Below, one piece after another: positions 46,868 through 49,674 of a stretch of DNA of 49,674 nt. The notes under the pieces are model-generated. The model searched no databases. It was not told where the DNA came from and worked only from the letters and a program-made list of their open reading frames with translations. The stretch is taken from positions 117,941,146-117,990,819 of the forward strand of contig NC_068985.1 of NCBI RefSeq assembly GCF_001194135.2, in the 5' to 3' direction. The translations under genes were made by a program, and so were the position numbers. Position 1 is the stretch's first letter; each line of letters begins with the position of its first letter. The DNA is from Octopus bimaculoides (Eukaryota).

Positions 46868-46870
<3 letters not shown>
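46659..46870 (-). mobile_element. ~210-bp element within (TA)n carrying a minimal hammerhead-like motif
   Basis: (TA)n on both sides, motif at 46749-46785, homologous to the element at 1-127. Confidence 0.65.
46749..46785 (-). ncRNA. Minimal type-I hammerhead-ribozyme-like motif (core variant CUGUUGA)
   Basis: UCUUU-CUGUUGA-A-GAGC-GUA-GCUC-GAAA-C-GUC-AAAGA: perfect 5-bp stem I, 4-bp stem II, palindromic ACGU stem III. Confidence 0.6.
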
Positions 46871-46902
<32 letters not shown>

Positions 46903-47806
46903 TATTCTATAGAAATTACCCAAAAATGGGTAATATAATATAATATAAACCAATTATAAATTATCATCATCGTCATCATCACTGTTTTAACATTCACTTG
47001 CATGGGTCAGATGGAATTTGTTGAGACAGATTTTCTACACTACATCCAGATACTCTTCCTGTCACCAACCCTCATCTTATTTCCAAGCAAGGTAATATTT
47101 CACCCATGGCCAGATCTGTTTCTACAGAATACTGGAAATGACTTGAAATATCTTGTATGATAATGACACTCCTTTACACCAATCATACGCTGTCAAGACA
47201 AGAAGACACCAACTCACAAATATACATGTGTGTGTGTGACTGGCTTTTTTCAGTTTCCTTTTACCAAATCCACTCACACAAGGCTTTGAGGGCCTTGTAA
47301 TAAATATATAGGATAAAAAGGCCTAAGAACTCGTGGCGTAGATCAACACAAAAGGAACTAGAGAAAGGGGGACATTCATGGCAGAGTATAAGTACAGAAG
47401 TGAAAAATTATGCGACAGGGATTTCAATTATAAGTGGCCTATACTCCGCGTTGGAGGGTTAAAGGCAAGAAAGAAAAAGAAGAAGATAAAAAGGATAAAG
47501 ATCCTTCCTGACTCAAGACTCATAGGGCCAGTTTCCCAAGTGCATTGGGTGACACACTGTGCTCTTGAACAAAACATGATGTTCCATTCCACTCAGCTGA
47601 CAAAAATGAGTAATCCTGCAATGGACTAGCATCCCGTCCTGGTGGGGAATATATACCTTTTATCTTTTCCTAGTTTCAGTCATGAGACTGCAGCCATGCA
47701 GAGACACCGCCTTCAAGAATTCTTAGTCAAATAAATCAACCCTAGTACTTTTTTCCATTTTTTAAAGCCTGGTGCTTATTCAATTATTTTGTTAAAGTCA
47801 TTTCTA

Positions 47807-47987
47807 CAGATATTCTATAGAAATTACCCAAAAATGGGTAATGAGTGTATATGCCATATTTAAGGGGTCTTGATGAAGGGGCATACCAATTTTTGTCTTC
47901 AATCTCATTGTTTGTTTACATCCGATGTCTTGATATGAAACAGTTTAACAAAAATTGGTTCTGGCTATAAGTTCTATAGAATATCTG
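47807..47987. mobile_element. 181-bp MITE with perfect 16-bp TIRs (Tc1/mariner-type, TA target)
   Basis: CAGATATTCTATAGAA at 47807-47822 and TTCTATAGAATATCTG at 47972-47987; TA at left, TT at right. An identical 36-bp left end occurs at 46899-46934. Confidence 0.85.
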
Positions 47988-49236
47988 TTGAATTAACCTT
48001 AACAAAATAATGTAAGAGCACTGCTAACGCAGTAGAACATGATATTGACTTATAAAAGTCATTTAATATACTTAATATTATATTATGGTTGCATAACAAA
48101 ATATCACATATTTACAACTCATTTGTTATTTGATCAATATCTTTTGCAGAACCACTACCTTACAGGGTTGTAAACACACCAACACTGGTTGTCAAATGGT
48201 GGTGAGGAACAAACACGGACATAAAGACACACACACACATATATACACGACAGGCTTCACTCATTTTCCATCTACCAAATTCATTCACAAGGCTTTGGTC
48301 AGCCTGAATAGAAGACACTTGCCCAAGGTGTCACACAGTGAGACTAAACCCAGAACCATTTGGTTGGTAAGCAAGCTTCTTACCAAACACCTGCACTTAT
48401 ATATAATATAATATAATATATTATAATACACAATAAATATATAAGCACAACATACACCTACAGATTCAATGCTTGGACACAACGTCACTGTTGTAATCTG
48501 GAATCACTGGATGTTTCAGATCTTACAATATACACCCACATGGTCTTCTCTGTTGGATCATGAAGGCTTCTTCTGCAGAGTCCACTGGATTCAGGCTTTT
48601 CTTACATAGGTAGGTAAACCCTAACTCACATGGAGTTACATGCCTGTTAGTTACACACACACAGAGATAGTCAGATGAAGGGAAGTGGAAAGGAAAAGAG
48701 TGGGATGGATAGACAAACAGATGGATGGAGAAAGACAGGCAGACAAGCAGACAGATAGATAGCTAGATGGACAGACAAACAGACATACGATTAGAAAGAT
48801 AGCTAGATGTCATTCCCCACTTTCAAGTTCGTGCCTCACAGCATTCATATACACATAATTTTTCACGTCTGGCCGTATAGCCTTTTCCGTTTCTTTTCTG
48901 TTTGTTTCCCTGTCTTGTTTTTTGTCCGCCACTACATTCCTCCATGGCACAGGTTTAATTTGTGTATACAAATTTAATTTGCGATCCATGGGAAGAGCCG
49001 TTTTAACGATGCGTCCTGCCCAACTCTTCGAAATGCCAGTGTTAAAACGGGGGTAGCTGATGAAGGAAAATGTTCTCTATGTGGCTTGTGTGTTTTCTGT
49101 GCTCTGGTTATTATTATTTTCTTGTCTGCGTTTTGTTTGCAATGTCCTGTGCCCAGGTGTGCACCTATATGTGCAGGTGGACGTAGGTGTGCACATGCCT
49201 GTACGTATATATGCATATACTCATTTATTATTTGTT

Positions 49237-49276
<40 letters not shown>

Positions 49277-49284
49277 TATACTCT

Positions 49285-49668
49285 TTACTCTATTTTTACT
49301 CTTTTACTTGTTTCAGTCATTTGACTGCGGCCTTTAGCTGAGCAAATTGACCCCAGGACTTTTTCTTTGTAGGCCTAGTACTTATTCTATCGGTCTCTTT
49401 ACGGGGACATAAACACACCAGCATCAGTTGTCAAGCGATGGTTGGGGGACAAACACAGACACACAAACACACAAACAAACGTATATATATATACATATAT
49501 ACGACGGGCTTCTTTCAGTTTCCGTCTACCAAATCCACTCACAAGGCTTTGGTCGGCCCGAGGCTATAGTAGAAGACACTTGCTCAAGGTGCCACACAGT
49601 GGGACTGAACCTGGAACCATGTGGTTGGTAAACAAAGGTACTTACCACACAGCCACTCCTGTGCCTAT
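49285..49668 (-). mobile_element. SINE family A
   Basis: Minus-strand copy with small internal deletions. Confidence 0.88.
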
Positions 49669-49674
49669 ATATAT

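Noticed and set aside
48527-48572. Possible upstream exon ending ...HDPTEKTMWVYI | gtaaga, loosely like IRSp53 HRLTENVYK
   Set aside because: The phase fits, but the acceptor has no pyrimidine tract, there is an upstream in-frame stop and the similarity is weak. Needs RNA-seq.
48996-49080. CTGATGA near an upstream CGAAA, within a 10-bp inverted repeat
   Set aside because: Could not build stems I and III or an NUH site in any permutation; probably part of an unclassified repeat.
1-49674. CRISPR arrays, operons or prokaryotic defence systems
   Set aside because: The sequence is eukaryotic with spliceosomal introns; no repeat-spacer arrays with unique spacers were seen.

Overview
AT-rich, repeat-dense eukaryotic genomic DNA with many N-gaps beside microsatellites. 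The repeat families and gap pattern suggest a coleoid cephalopod, most likely Octopus (inference). Almost the whole window is one minus-strand gene of the IRSp53/BAIAP2 family (I-BAR/IMD domain plus SH3). I traced 12 coding exons by hand from 46491 down to 4201; all have AG/GT boundaries and compatible phases, and together give a stop-free 1212-nt, 404-aa frame. The first exon and the terminal exon(s) are not resolved. The introns hold at least five tRNA-type SINE families, MITEs, and decayed LINEs (CR1/L2/jockey-like, RTE, Dong/R4). They also hold a Penelope-like GIY-YIG fragment, hAT (Buster/SPIN-like), mariner and Tc1 remnants, and a Helitron end. The most notable observations are: two minimal type-I hammerhead-ribozyme-like motifs with stem-II covariation, an inserted 18S-3'-end/ITS1 rDNA fragment, a multi-hairpin cassette of unknown origin, repeated SINE insertion at one site of a MITE, and inverted SINE pairs bracketing exons. 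Repeat boundaries are approximate and were read by eye; no database searches were run.
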